A stretch of 64,000 nucleotides of DNA, taken from contig OZ287069.1 of assembly GCA_965645245.1 (NCBI GenBank), forward strand, positions 2,852,001-2,916,000. Reading direction: 5' to 3'. Under the pieces are notes generated by a model, which was not told where the DNA came from, ran no database searches, and was given only the letters and a program-made list of their open reading frames with translations. Shown here piece by piece: positions 37,131 to 49,778 of the stretch. The translations under genes were made by a program, and so were the position numbers. Within the stretch, counting starts at the first letter, position 1. Every line of letters starts with the position of its first letter. This stretch comes from Massalongia carnosa (taxonomy: Eukaryota).

Positions 37131-38432
37131 ATGGAGGCTAATGCGTTGGAAGAGCATGATGCGGATCTTCAAACGCAACGCATTCTTCTTGCAGCATCTA
37201 ACCACGATCTCGAAGCTCTCGAAGCTCTCCTCCGAATATGTTCCGCCAGCATCCAAGACCCCGAAACTGGGTTCACCCCGCTTCACGCCGCCATTGCAGC
37301 TTGTGAGCCCTCGACGCCGACCTCGCAATCGGTCTCAAATGGCACCAATGTCAATGGCGAAACCTTACAGGAAGTTGACAATCGCGAGCGCATCGAGCAG
37401 CCTAACTTCCTAGAAAGGGCAGCACAGACCGTGAAGCTATTACTACAGAACGGAGCAATCTGGAACGATATTGACGCGAATGATGAGACGCCGGGATGCG
37501 TGGCGCGGAGGCTGGGGTTGAAGGAGCTTTATGAAATTATGGTGGACGCGGGCGTAAGGGCGGAGATTTTGCTTAGTCGGCTGGATGAATATCAAACGTT
37601 ACGGGATACGGAGGATGAAGAGGAGGATGAAAAAGACGGGGAGGAAGCAGAAGGAGATTTCCAAAAGATCATAGGTCATGGATCCCCCTCAGAACCCGAA
37701 CCCCCGCCCCCCGAAAACAACCTCCAGGAGCCAGTCTCCAACCCAAGCCCTACCCAACCCTCTCTCAGCAACGCCACCTACCTTTCCTCCCGCCTCTCCA
37801 TTCACCCTACCAGAATCCTTGACTCCTCCCGCAACGGCGTCATGATGTCCTGGGAAACCCCTCTCATGCAGCGTACCGCCGCCCTCCTCGCTCCGACCAC
37901 TGGCCTCCGTATCCTCAACATCGGTCATGGTATGGGCATAATCGACACTTTTTTCCAGCAAACCTCGCCCGTCGCACACCACATCATTGAAGCCCACCCT
38001 GCTATTCTCACGCACATGCGCACCGCCGAGCCCTGGGCCTCGGCACCCTCGGTCACGATTCATGAGGGAAGATGGCAGGACGTGGTACCGCGCCTGATTG
38101 AGCAGGGCACGCTTTTCGACACCATTTACTTCGATACTTTCGCCGAAGATTATAAAGCGCTGCGTGATTTCTTCGACGAGTTTGTCATCGGCTTACTGGA
38201 CGAGGAAGGCCGTTGGGGGTTTTTTAACGGCTTGGGCGCTGATCGGCAGGTGTGCTACGATGTGTATGGCAAGGTGGTCGAGATGGACCTGTTCGAGGCT
38301 GGGTTCAAGACTGAGTGGGACAGTGTGGTGGTGCCCGCGATGATGGAGGAAGTCGGAGAGTGGGAAGGGGTGAAGAGACGGTATTGGGCCTTGACTGAGT
38401 ATCGCTTGCCAGTGTGCAGGTTTTTAAGCTGA
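37131..38432 (+). CDS. RMT2: Protein arginine N-methyltransferase 2
   Basis: Ankyrin-like TGFTPLHAAI; GVMMSWETPLM, LNIGHGMGIID, IIEAHP, YFDTFAE and FFNGLGADRQVCYDVY. Confidence 0.92.
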   Translation: MEANALEEHDADLQTQRILLAASNHDLEALEALLRICSASIQDPETGFTPLHAAIAACEPSTPTSQSVSNGTNVNGETLQEVDNRERIEQPNFLERAAQTVKLLLQNGAIWNDIDANDETPGCVARRLGLKELYEIMVDAGVRAEILLSRLDEYQTLRDTEDEEEDEKDGEEAEGDFQKIIGHGSPSEPEPPPPENNLQEPVSNPSPTQPSLSNATYLSSRLSIHPTRILDSSRNGVMMSWETPLMQRTAALLAPTTGLRILNIGHGMGIIDTFFQQTSPVAHHIIEAHPAILTHMRTAEPWASAPSVTIHEGRWQDVVPRLIEQGTLFDTIYFDTFAEDYKALRDFFDEFVIGLLDEEGRWGFFNGLGADRQVCYDVYGKVVEMDLFEAGFKTEWDSVVVPAMMEEVGEWEGVKRRYWALTEYRLPVCRFLS

Positions 38433-39793
38433 GGATGGCGATCACCCACTCAAACAGGTGATTAAGATATTCGGGGGTTTTGGATAAGCGTGCTAAACCC
38501 CTTGTTCCTTTGTGTTGAGAGCTCTATCAACGCTCTCGCCCTCGCCTCGAAAACACACACAACAATTCCTAACATGGTAGGCCCTTATAGAAACCCAAGT
38601 CTTACCTTTCCCCTAGTCTACCTTTCACACACATCTCATCGCCGCGCCATCGATCAGCCATGCATAGCAGTCACTTAGCTAGCCAATCACCCCCAACCCT
38701 CACTAAGCTCCAAATTCCGTCTTCCCTCCTGCAGATAATATTTAAGATTCACATCCGATATGTAACTTCTCTATCCAACCCAGACAGCAAATTCTACACC
38801 GAAACCCTACTGTAGGGCGGATTTTGCACCGTGACTAACTGCCGGATACTGAAATGGGGACACAGGGGGATTACCGAAAAACTTTGCTTTCGATGGTTGG
38901 GATGGAAATGGAGGAGATAAACAAGATGTGAGTGATCAAGGCAGGGAAGATCGGAAGGTGTTGGGTGAAGGTTAGCTTGGCTCGGTTGCTCGCTAGGTAA
39001 GAATCTCTAAAATGGCTGTCAAGCTTAGGTAGTTAAGCTGGTTGAAATCAGGGACCTTGCAACCTTCACTCCCCGTGACAGAATGCACATATCAAGGGAA
39101 ATTCGTCTCCATCAACTAATGGCTCCAAAGCAAGCCAGAGAATAACAATAGGGACATACAAACTGAAAGTTTCCGCCATCTAGATGTCTCTGTTAGATTC
39201 TTAAGGAATGGTGGACGTAACTCAGGATGGTTTCGTCATAGAAGGCCTCGTACTTTGGCAGAGGGTTGCAATGCAATCAAGAGGGGCTGTTCTGGCTCAT
39301 TGGGACGGAGCTTGGGGCTCACATTCAGTCAGGTTGATGGGGGTTGGCCATGGACAAGTAGGGTCTCTGGAAGGAACTTAGCTAAGGCGTTTTACTGTAT
39401 ATTCCAGGGGCTCATTCATTCATCCAGAGCCACGGGAAAGTAGCGCCCTGAAGCTTTCCCGGAGATGCTATTCGGGTTAATGGTTTTTAGTGGGAGGGAA
39501 TTGCTGCAACGGATTCTGTATGTCTACCTATTCATTGCGTGCCAGCGCTCCAAGGCTTGATCTTTGGGGTTGGAACCGAAACGATATGTTGACTGGTGCT
39601 GGCTGATGAGCTGGAGATATGCTGGCTTGATCACGAGAGAATCGCATTCTTCCATGTGGATATCTATCGGAGGCAACAAACAAACCCAGAGGACATAGAG
39701 CCACAGCGTTGATCAAAATATATTGTACAATTTATCCTCTCCCGCTGTGCTAGCTCCAAGGCCTGCAATTAGATGAACAAGCTCCATCCGGGT

Positions 39794-40684
39794 CTACGGA
39801 TCAATATCCATTTTCTCCACCACCACAACGTCATCATCAGACGACAGCTCGTGTACGGTCACGTACTTGCTAATTTCTTCCCGAGTGATAATTTTCTCAT
39901 TCAATACCGCGGTGGTGCCACGCTTAAATCTGTAGCTTCGTTGCTTTTGTTCGCGTTGATTAGGCGTTATGTAATTCCTCAGCAAAGTAGTCTTTTCCGC
40001 AGTGATCACGCAGACATCGACGTTAGATCCAGAACCCAGATCATTAAAGATGCCGGCTTGGATAGCATCCGACGTCAGCTTTACCGCCTCTTCTCTCGTC
40101 ATTTTTTGTTTCCACTGAGTTTCAAAAATTGACATGGCTGCCAGTGACCCGCTTCCCATGGTAACATAAGGTAGCTTGTCAGTGCTGCCATGGGCATGAA
40201 CTGTGAAGAGCCCGACGCCGGTCGGATCAACCCCTGCAACAACCAGATATGCACCAATGTGCCCTTGATATCGAAACAAATGTTGCTTGAGCATCGTCAT
40301 ACAGGTCACAACTCGAGGTTTACGACCAGTGGAGAGTGCATGAAGCTCAAGATTCGAGGAGATTATGGCGGTAGTAAACTCGGTATCCGCCGCTGTCCCG
40401 GCGCCGGCGCACCATATCTGAGGAGCGATGTAATGCAGCTTCTCGCAATTCTGTTCGACCGGGTAAATCAGTTCTAGGGACCAAAAGAGCCAGCTTCGGC
40501 TTCAACAGACCTTATCCGCTACTATCGGACCACTTGTAGCTCTCGTGTCTGCTGCTATGACCACTCCCCCGTCAAATATGCATCCGACAATAGTCGTACC
40601 TGTACTCGTAGCCTTGGGTAAAGGGACTCCTCGCGCGTGCAAAGCCGTGTTGCGGTTAAAATTTGAGAAGTCGAAGCCAGGCAT
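39794..40684 (-). CDS. PUP1: 20S proteasome beta-2 subunit; exons 40684-40511, 40450-39794
   Basis: [10 protein letters not shown] propeptide, [33 protein letters not shown] and [13 protein letters not shown]. Confidence 0.95.
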
Positions 40685-41179
40685 TGCTCCCAGGGTCACT
40701 CAACCTCCTTCAGCTAAACACTAGCTTAGTGAAAGAAATAGCAGTTTGATGCTGTAGCTTCTCCTCAGATGTCGAACTTGAGTTTCCGTGTGCCTTGCTA
40801 ATGGTTTGAGTTGGTGTACAGAATAGTGACACAAGTACGGAGTACTTTACTGCCTAAAGGAAAGCAGACACGATCTTATGTAAGCAATTCATGGAACACG
40901 CCGCAAAGTGTAAATCTTAACCCAACGCGCCTATGTGTCACACTCAGCTCGTGCCCCAGAGGTAAATAAAGTCGTCTGTGCGCTATGTTGTCTCTTCACT
41001 CCTCGCCTGCTGCTGTGTGAGCTTTATTGTCAATTATCCTGGACCATCCGTTCAATTTTTTCCACGGGAAACTCACGGTAACCCGACAACACTCCTTTGG
41101 CGCCCCCCATCCTCTGATTAATGTCAAACGGAATTTTCATTTAGGACGGACGCTTTCTCCAGATTTTGAAAAAGCAAGG

Positions 41180-44100
41180 ATGGCATTCAGATCAGGCAGT
41201 GCCGGGTTATTGCCATTTGGGGCCACTACAGGTGTATCGGGCCCAAGTTCAGGGCAGACGGGTCCGGACTTGGAAGAAATACAAACTGATGTATGTAAAG
41301 CAAAATTTACTTGGTTACTTCCACTCACAATGTTATGCCCAGGCTCTTGGTTTTCAGTCCATTGCAGGAGAATCCAAGGTCCGGTTATTGCCCTCAGCAT
41401 GGCCCGAGAATGCTCTTCCCCCCTCCACGGCGTCGCTGCTCAGCATAGCTTCCCGAAAAGGAATACTTGCTGCTGCAGGGCCAGACTCAGTGATCATAGC
41501 TAGTACCGAATCTGTGCGCCAAGCATTCTCTGGCCTAGGTGGCCAAGAGGATCATATCAAGCCCTTTGTGCCGCGGTTGACCCTAAATCTTGGTATGAGA
41601 GTATCCCATGTGGTCTTCTCGTCGGATGAAAATTATCTGGTTATATCTGCAGAGCAAGGGGGAGGGCTAGCTGTTTATAGCGTGTCGGCTCTTGCGGAAG
41701 GGAGCACGCAACCGGCTTTTGAGCTCTCAACCGATGGAATATCATTACGAACCATAGTTCCGAATCCTACCCCCGAGAAGGCTGATTTATTTGCTCTGGT
41801 CACTTCAAATGGAGAGCTTAAGATGGCAAATCTGAGTAGCCGTCAACTCTTAAATGGGCCTCAGGGGTCGACGTTGAAAGATAGCGTCAGTTGCGTCTCC
41901 TGGAGTACTCGGGGCAAACAGCTGGTCGCTGGCCTTGGTAATGGAATATGTGTTCAAATGACACCAGAAGGGCAGATCAAAGCAGAAATTCCTCGCCCTA
42001 GCAATTTAGAAGGTGATCAGCATGGTAAGCGTAAAATTGTCAAATATCAAAACCAGTCGCTAATCATGACTTAAAGTGGCTTCGATATCTTGGCTTTCCA
42101 ATGATGTATTCTTGGTCGCTCATACATTGTCATCTGTCGATTCTGGAATATTACCCGCAACCACATTGCATGTTGTTACCCGGCAGACGCAGCCTCAACC
42201 TTCATTCATCGTTCAAAAACTCCCTGATCCGTGCCCTTCCTTTGGTACAAATCGACTGCCCCCTTACACTTTTCTGCTACGACTCAAGGAGTTTCCTCCA
42301 AATTTAATAGATTTGATAATTGTCATTTCTACTGCTGCCCCAGATGTTGGTTTAATATCAAGGTCCAACGTTGCACTCACCAACGATCTCCCTGCAGATC
42401 GGGTGACGAATACGTTTACAACGACTACGACAGCCAATGATGCGCGACGGGCTTCAATACCATTGTCGGCAAATCTCGGTGAAACAAGTGCTATAGGTGT
42501 TGGCCTTGATCTTTCAAGTAAGGAAACAGTCAAGAGGCCTTTACCTGGAGAAGAAATTGAAGACTCACCTGGCCCTTTACCGGCGCTTTTGGTCCTGAAC
42601 CACGAAGGTATTCTTTGCCTATGGTGGCTAGTATATACGGAGTCCATTAGGCAAGGTACAAGTTACTCTGGATTAGCACCTGCAAACCTGCACGAACAGA
42701 AACAATTCCAGGCGCCGCAACAGGGATTACCAGCGCCAAACGCCGGTTCAAGCATCAACCCGGCTTTCGGTCAATCTTCCTTTAGCGGTATTCTACCTTC
42801 GACGCATCATATCGGGAATACCTTAAACAAGCCTGTGGCTATCTTGGGTACTTTTGGCGTAGCGTCGGGGTTGGGAAAACAGCAGTCACCATGGGTAGGC
42901 AATACCTCGACCAATATGGCCGCTCAGAGCAGTAACACAGCCTTCGGTCAAGCTGCGTTTGGGGCTCCCTCGATGAATACTGGCTCGCAAGGGGTGACAT
43001 TTGGAACGACAGGCGGTCTTGGTAACCGTACATCACCCTGGACTACGCCTTCGTCCGGAAGTACCGGTGACCCAAAGACTGTACTTAGTCAATCTGGAGG
43101 CTTAGGAATGCAGAATGGAACTTTTTTTGGTGCTTCTGGATCAAAGACTTCAGCAGCTCCTTTTTCGGGCGGCTTCGCAGCTTTTGCGAAAGCGCCAGGA
43201 TTTGCTGCAGCCGCCGTTCAAGGGGGGGCTGAGCGCGGATTTGCTACAGCTATTGTCGGAGGCTCATTTGGGTCGGGCATGGATACAGATACAAGCTTTG
43301 GGGCAACGACCTTGCCTAAGGAAGCCTCAAGTACCCCCTTCAAGACTTCGGGTTTTACTCTGGGATCAACCTTCAAGGGGGACGGAACCGCAGTAAATGA
43401 TCTACCCAGTGGTCGCCAAGATGAATCAAATCCGTTTTCCATAGGCAGCTTTGATGCAGCTCTTGCAGACACTCGAAAGGGAACATCCACGCCTCCAATA
43501 AAGGAAGCAGAAATGGATGACAGTTCTGACGAAGACGGCAAAAGCAGTCAAGGATCTCCTATCAACCGAGAGTCTACGACGCCAGCTGCCAAGCCACCTG
43601 GGACCATAGCCCGTTTTCCTACCACAGCTCCACCTTCAAACGGGGGCTTCTTTGGGACGCAGGCTCAAAGTAAAACCACACCTGCTTCAGTACAACTAAA
43701 TGCTCCTACGACTTCTACGTTTGGAAAACCAACGCCGTTTACAAATACTCCGATAGAAAGTCCTAGAAAACCGGAAGACGACCCTCGATCTCGGATAGAA
43801 ACCACACTAACCCCGCTAATCAAGAGAGAACCTGACGATGATGAAAATACGGCGCTCCTGGAGACTCCCAAGAGCGCTTCAGAACCTCCGCTACCTCCAG
43901 AGTCAACAAGCAAAGCTACCTACACCGCTGGCGATACGTCGAACTCTTCTAAAGCGTCGCTTGACGAGGCGCCGCTACCGCCAGACTTCCTACCCGCGAA
44001 AAGCAAAGCCAAAGTCTTTGAAGAGTCACCACAAGACACTCCCGTGCTACCTGCGGTCCATGACGATGAGGGTTTAGAGGATGACGAAGGTAGCGGTGTA

Positions 44101-45624
44101 GATGTTGCTCAAGATATCAGCCCCCCTACAGAACCTAGTCAAAGCCCGAGAATAACTCCCGGGAGCTCCTTTGGTGCGAGTTTTGACAAAATTCCAGCCG
44201 ATGGTATTTTCACCAAAAATCCACGACAGCAACCGCGGCAAAATTCCAAATCTTTATTCGGGGAAGTTCTTCACCCATCTGCACCTTTTATCCCGATACC
44301 TACCAAGGTGCAAGAGTCTCCAAGATCGCCCAGCCCTGTGCGACCATTTTTGAAAGGAGATGGCCTTCGGCCAGACAACGCGAGATCTGTTAGCGCTCCC
44401 GGTCGACCGTCCAAAACGATAGCCAACAGGAAAATCGTGCCACACCCGGCTACCGATGAATCATTCTCATTACCTTCACTGGAGAATCAACGAAAACAAG
44501 AGCGAGACCGCTTAATTGCTCAGAAGGTGCAAAAATTCGCCGAGGAAGAACAAGACCTGAGTGATAGGGAAGATGAGAAGGTTCGTGAAGAGTTAGCTAC
44601 AGAAGTCGAAGCCAAAAAGACTCTTGATCCTTTCCTTGCTCACCAGGACTATATTGGTGATGTCAGCAAGCCTGGTATTCCTGGTCAGATTGAAGCGCTA
44701 TATCGAGATATCAACTCTATGATTGACACTCTAGGCTTAAATGCTAGATGTTTGAAGGCTTTCACGAAAGGCCATAGCGAGTTGTATCGGGAGGGCGGTC
44801 GTTCACGAGAAGATCTAGAAAATGATGATTGGTGCTTGATTGAAATCGCCAATCTAGAAGAGGTGGAAAGTCAACTTTTCGAGCAATTAGAGGATGGTTG
44901 CATGACAGACGTGCGAGGAAGATTGGAAGAGTGTCGAGAGTTATGCAAGGAGCTCCGTAAAATCCGATCGAACCGCTTTGAAATCACCAAGGTGGTGGAT
45001 GCCAAGTCCGATCCCGAACAAATTAAGGCCAGAAAAGCTGCGCCCCTCCAACCCATTCAGCTTCGCAAGCAAAACGATCTACGGAAAGATTTTGCACATT
45101 TCCAAAAACTTCTTGCAGATGCCGAAGAAGGCATTTCCGTCCTCCGGGCGAAACTAGCCTCTCAACAAACTAGCAACAGTAAAAGCGCGCCCCTCAAGAA
45201 GCCAACTGTGGAAGCGGTTACTAGTACAATCAAGAAGATGACAAGTATGGTGGAAAAGAAGAGCCTTGATATTGATATCTTGGAAACGCAAATGCGAAAG
45301 CTGCGCTTCTCTGCTGTCGACAGCTCCAACAGCGAAGAATCATCCCCGTTCGGCGCATCTTTGCCATCTTCCACAAAGAAACCCTTGTCATTCAGAAAGT
45401 CGGGATCGATGGCTCAAGGGGAATCATTCCATAGTTTGGGAGTGTCTCGCAGTACATTCGGTGGATCAATAACTGAAAACGGGACCCCAAGAAAACGGAT
45501 GAGCACTGTAACGGACGATGAAATAAGGAGCTATAGGTTGAAAGTACAGCGGAGAGGAGACATCAATGAGATGGTAAAGAAAGTATTTTTAAACAGCGGG
45601 CCAAGGATCGTGAGTTTAGATTAG
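41180..45624 (+). CDS. NUP159: Nucleoporin Nup159/Nup214; exons 41180-41290, 41343-42024, 42077-45624
   Basis: N-terminal beta-propeller (LLPSAWP..LP..TASLLSIAS.KG), FG repeats (AFGQ, TFG, SFG), EAPLPPDF repeats and a C-terminal coiled coil (PTVEAVTSTIKKMT). Confidence 0.9.
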
Positions 45625-45912
45625 GCTCTCTGCTATTCATGCCTTTGTGCAGAGGTTGTAAGTTAGGAATGGAGAGATTGTTGAAGTTAGGAAAGAATGA
45701 TATCCCTGTGAACTGCAGCCTTCTTTTACTGATGGTCATTTTTGCACTTGGAGAAAATTGGCGGTGGAAGTTGTGGCTAACTAGCATGCAGCATGGAATG
45801 TAATGCCGTTTGCAGCAAGACGTTCTCTTTGTTCCGCCGTTCAACTTAAAATCTATAACCTTCGGAATATGGCTTTACGTGAACCCCTCAATCTATCATC
45901 ATATCACACCTC

Positions 45913-47370
45913 ATGGCAGATTCGATATTTGCAATCAACAAGCCCGGTCTAGCACTGCCCAAATACGAGCATCTGGAAGTCCTAATACCCATAGAGGACA
46001 AACCAGGCGAGAGACCGGTCCGACGAACTCAAGCGAGCTCGCGGAAACCAAATGCTGCAAAAGCAAAGGCAGAACTAAAACTCTGGAAGACGAGAAGAAG
46101 GCGGGATGGCAAGGTAAGCCGAGCATGCTGGAGCCAAGCAGATGATCTGGAAAGGAAACCCTACTAACGCCTACCACGCAATCCCAAGATCTTCCGCGTA
46201 GCAGAATTCGAAGACGATTCCCCGATCATGGATGCGGCCAAAGTCTCCCTACTGCAGCTGTTCAATCACCCCAACATCGTCGGTCTCGTCGACGTCGTCC
46301 AGCACCCGAAGCCATGCGCCAAGGCCAGGAACTACACCGTCTGGGAGGACTGTAGCCACGGAACGCTGAACCGATTGCTCTGGCACGAACCGGGGAAAGG
46401 ACAAATGTATGTGGAACCTCACCCCCCTTACCCGTACAGATCTCTCAATCTCTTAATAGTTAAAAGAGCGAATTAGCGTCTTTCTTCTTCCTCCCCTTTC
46501 CTTCCAGCCGGAATGTGTATACATCACGCTATATAATATATATAATGTTAACGTATCGTTCATTGTAGAAAAATCCCCGAAAGTCTCTGCTGGCACGTCG
46601 TGGACGGTATCTCCAAAGCGCTGCTCTGGCTGCATTTTGGTCGCAAGCGTTCCTTCCCTCTTGGGCAGGAGAGGGAGCACGACGATGACTGGCAGCCCGT
46701 CACCATGACCGTCATTGATCCGACTAAAAGTATGTATTCTTGCCTCGTTCGTTCATTATCTGCGTTTTCACGCGGGACGCCCAACCTTTCCCTTTGTTTT
46801 CTTCTTTTTTGCTGACCAGGGAGTCTTTTCTTCGGGATAAGTATTCTTCACCGCACCCCTTGGCAACGAAACCTACGGCGCCGTCAAGCTCGGTGGGTTC
46901 CAGGACGCAAGAGTACACTCATCGCTCCAATCCGCCACCAGTGTCCGCCCAACCTGGATCTCGGGGAAAAACCCTTACCTTCCACCGGTACGCAACATCT
47001 CCCCCTCCCCCTTCCCAAAAACCTCTACCCTCCTAAAAACGAGCCACTAAACCTCCCAAACCAGGAAGTCCAAAACCACACCGACGGCCTCTCCCCCGCG
47101 GCCGACATCTGGGGCCTCGGTGCCGTGCTCTACCACATGATGACCGGCGCCCCGCCCGTCCCGATTGACCTTTCGCACGCCACCACCGGCTCTACTCACC
47201 ACGACTTCTGGGTGCGCAAAATCCCTGAGGACCGCTATTCCAAGGGCTTGGTGCAGCTAGTGAGGAGCATCATGACGCTAGGGAGGGAGGAGAGGGTGGA
47301 TGCGTGGGAGCTGGTGGAGTGGGTGGGAGCGGGGTTGGAGAGCTGGAGGGAAGAGACCGGGGAAGTGTGA
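45913..47370 (+). CDS. Protein-kinase-fold protein, probably a pseudokinase (multi-exon)
   Basis: HPNIVGLVD, VWEDCSHGTL, IPESLCWHVV..ISKALLWLH, AVKLGGF, YLPPE and ADIWGLGAVLYHMMTG, joined across GT-AG introns. Confidence 0.7.
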
Positions 47371-47788
47371 GGGGGAAGGGGAGGGGGAAGGGCGGGAGGA
47401 GTCGACAGTTCGTATGATATATGGATTAATCTCAATGGGGGTTGGAATATCGGTTGGTCCGCCGAGCGGGGGATGATGCTTCCCGTTCACTTCTCTTTCT
47501 GGATTTCTGATTCATAGTTTCGATTCGGGGGGTCCAGCCGGCTTTGACTTCTCAGTGGTGAAGAAACAGAAAATCTCCTCCAGTCTCCGGAATATCCAAG
47601 GCAGGGGAAGGTGAAATCTTAGGTTTTAAATCAAGAGAAATGAAGATACTGTTGCAGCAATTTTCAAACTTTTGAAACCCTCACTCCTAGAAAACAATCC
47701 GCTTTATAACTGCAATGTAACTATTGATACACGCCCCCCCTCCCCAAGCCTAGAAAAACAACAAAAACAATGGTAGCGGTGGAAAAAC

Positions 47789-49491
47789 TTAAGCTTTCTT
47801 CCCAATACTTACGTCTAGCCTGCCCACCGCCCATGCCATGAAGAACACAGTCGCCACACCAAGGAACACGGTGATAGGTTTCCGGAAGGCGGCAGTGAAG
47901 GGATAGTCGTATGTAACCTTTTAATGTGAGGAAGCTGGTCAGCAAAAAGAAAGAAAGAAAAAAAGATACATAGATAGCGAAGGAGAGGAAAAAAGTAAGC
48001 GGAGGGGGAGGGGGTTGTTACGATTAGGTCTTTGTCTCTGGATTCGTCGATAACGTTTACTGCTGTTAGCGTTAGGCAGGTGCGGCCGAGGGTGTCCATG
48101 AAAGTTTTGTGCTTGGTGATTTCTTCAGCGACGATGGGGACTGGGGAGTGGTAATTTACGTTGCTATTCAACGTATTTAAACATCAGTCTTCGTTGATCT
48201 GATTACATCCGCAAAATTCAAGAGGTGGAGCGAAATATCAAAACTTACATGGCACCTTCAGGGAGAATGACTCGCAGATTGACTTTCTCGTACGAAATCC
48301 CTTCGCCCATGTTCGGGCCTTCCAAGAAAGGAAATTTCAACACATGACTGTCTCCTTGTTTCAAGGTGCGGAGAAATCCCTTCAGATTGGCGTCCCAACC
48401 GACGCGGAAACTGTAGTTCCATCCACCGAAAACGGGATACCGGGGCTTCAACTCCAGGTTGGCTTCCCGGAGGTTGCTCCGGAAGCGGCTGGTTGATACG
48501 TTTCCTATGTCATCAATAAAGTAGGGGTTTAGGGAGCCCACTTTCAAAGGGACGTTGAGCGCTCGTAGAGCGCTTGTTGGTGGATTGTAGTATTGTGTTG
48601 TTGCCCAGGTCACACGCGAAAAGTGGTTCGCAAGGCTGGCGCCTTTGTTGGTGAGCCAGTATCGTTCCTCCGTAGCAAGGTTTCCACCCCATTGGCTTAC
48701 CTCAACATCTCTTTCCAGCAGGCTAGCATGAATGATGGGTTTCGTAAACTCGTACCGTACGCTGGCATCTTGCACGGCGCCTGCGGGGGTGTCTTCATAG
48801 GGTCCATAGGTAAAGGTTGAACCTTGGCGTGCTGGCTCAGACGTGAAGTCTGGAATATTTACCGATGGAAATTTGACCTTTGTCTTTTGCTTCTCAGTGG
48901 GATAGGCGGAGGGTGCGTAGGTGGAGAAGGTATAAAGGAGGTACTGTTTATCTTGTTGTTCAATGGTTGCAGGAAGAGGAGTTAACGATGAAAGTATATG
49001 GTAGCTTATTGAAAGCGTCTGTTGCGAGGCTTTTGGCAGAGGCTCTAGAAATGTGACGCGATAGAACTGAGTTGGGCTGTTCCAAAAGGGGGCAATCAGT
49101 CTCCTGAGGGCAATGGTGAGAAAGGGAACTTTATATACCTGTAAGGGTCGTATTCCACCACCTCAGTGCGGAACTTGGGCTTGCTTATATCCTTCTTATC
49201 TCTGACCTCCAATCCACCCACCTTCCCAATTACATCCGCTGGGAATGGTATATAATATTCATTCTGCGGCTTGGCATCTGTATTTTCTATGACGACGTTG
49301 ACCGATTCTTTTATATACCCTTTCTCCAGATTGACGTTCCGTAGCAAGTTTATATTCTTGAATACTTGCGGAGGCTTAAAGGTATCCGGTAGAATGATGC
49401 AGGAGGAGAGAGGAGCTGTAGACGTTGAATTTGCTGCATTTGCGATGGCAAGAAAGCTCAAGAAAGTGGCTGGGAAGACGAAGGATTTCAT
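47789..49491 (-). CDS. OST1: Oligosaccharyltransferase subunit ribophorin I (multi-exon)
   Basis: Signal peptide MKSFVF, ERDVEVSQWGGNLATEERY, YFIDDIGNVSTSRFR, PRYPVFGGWNYSF, KTFMDTLGR and a C-terminal TM ending LDVSIGKKA. Confidence 0.92.
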
Positions 49492-49778
49492 CTTGACATC
49501 TGTAAGCTCAATTACCCTCGATTGCCACTCTGAGAACCTATTCGATAGAAGAATAGCTCTGAGCGACCGATTATAGTCCAGGAGTATGCCTTTGGGGGAT
49601 TGAATCTGAAGGTGGCCTTTCCTTTCGATGGATTTGCTAGCGCCGTAGGGCTGGCGGAGCTGTCGCTGAACGACGACTACCATAGCTCAGGACTAATAAG
49701 CCACATTGAAAAGAAAAAATCGGCAGAATTCTCGAGCACTCCATTGCTACCAGGGAGCTTCTTCTCCCTTCACCCTTC

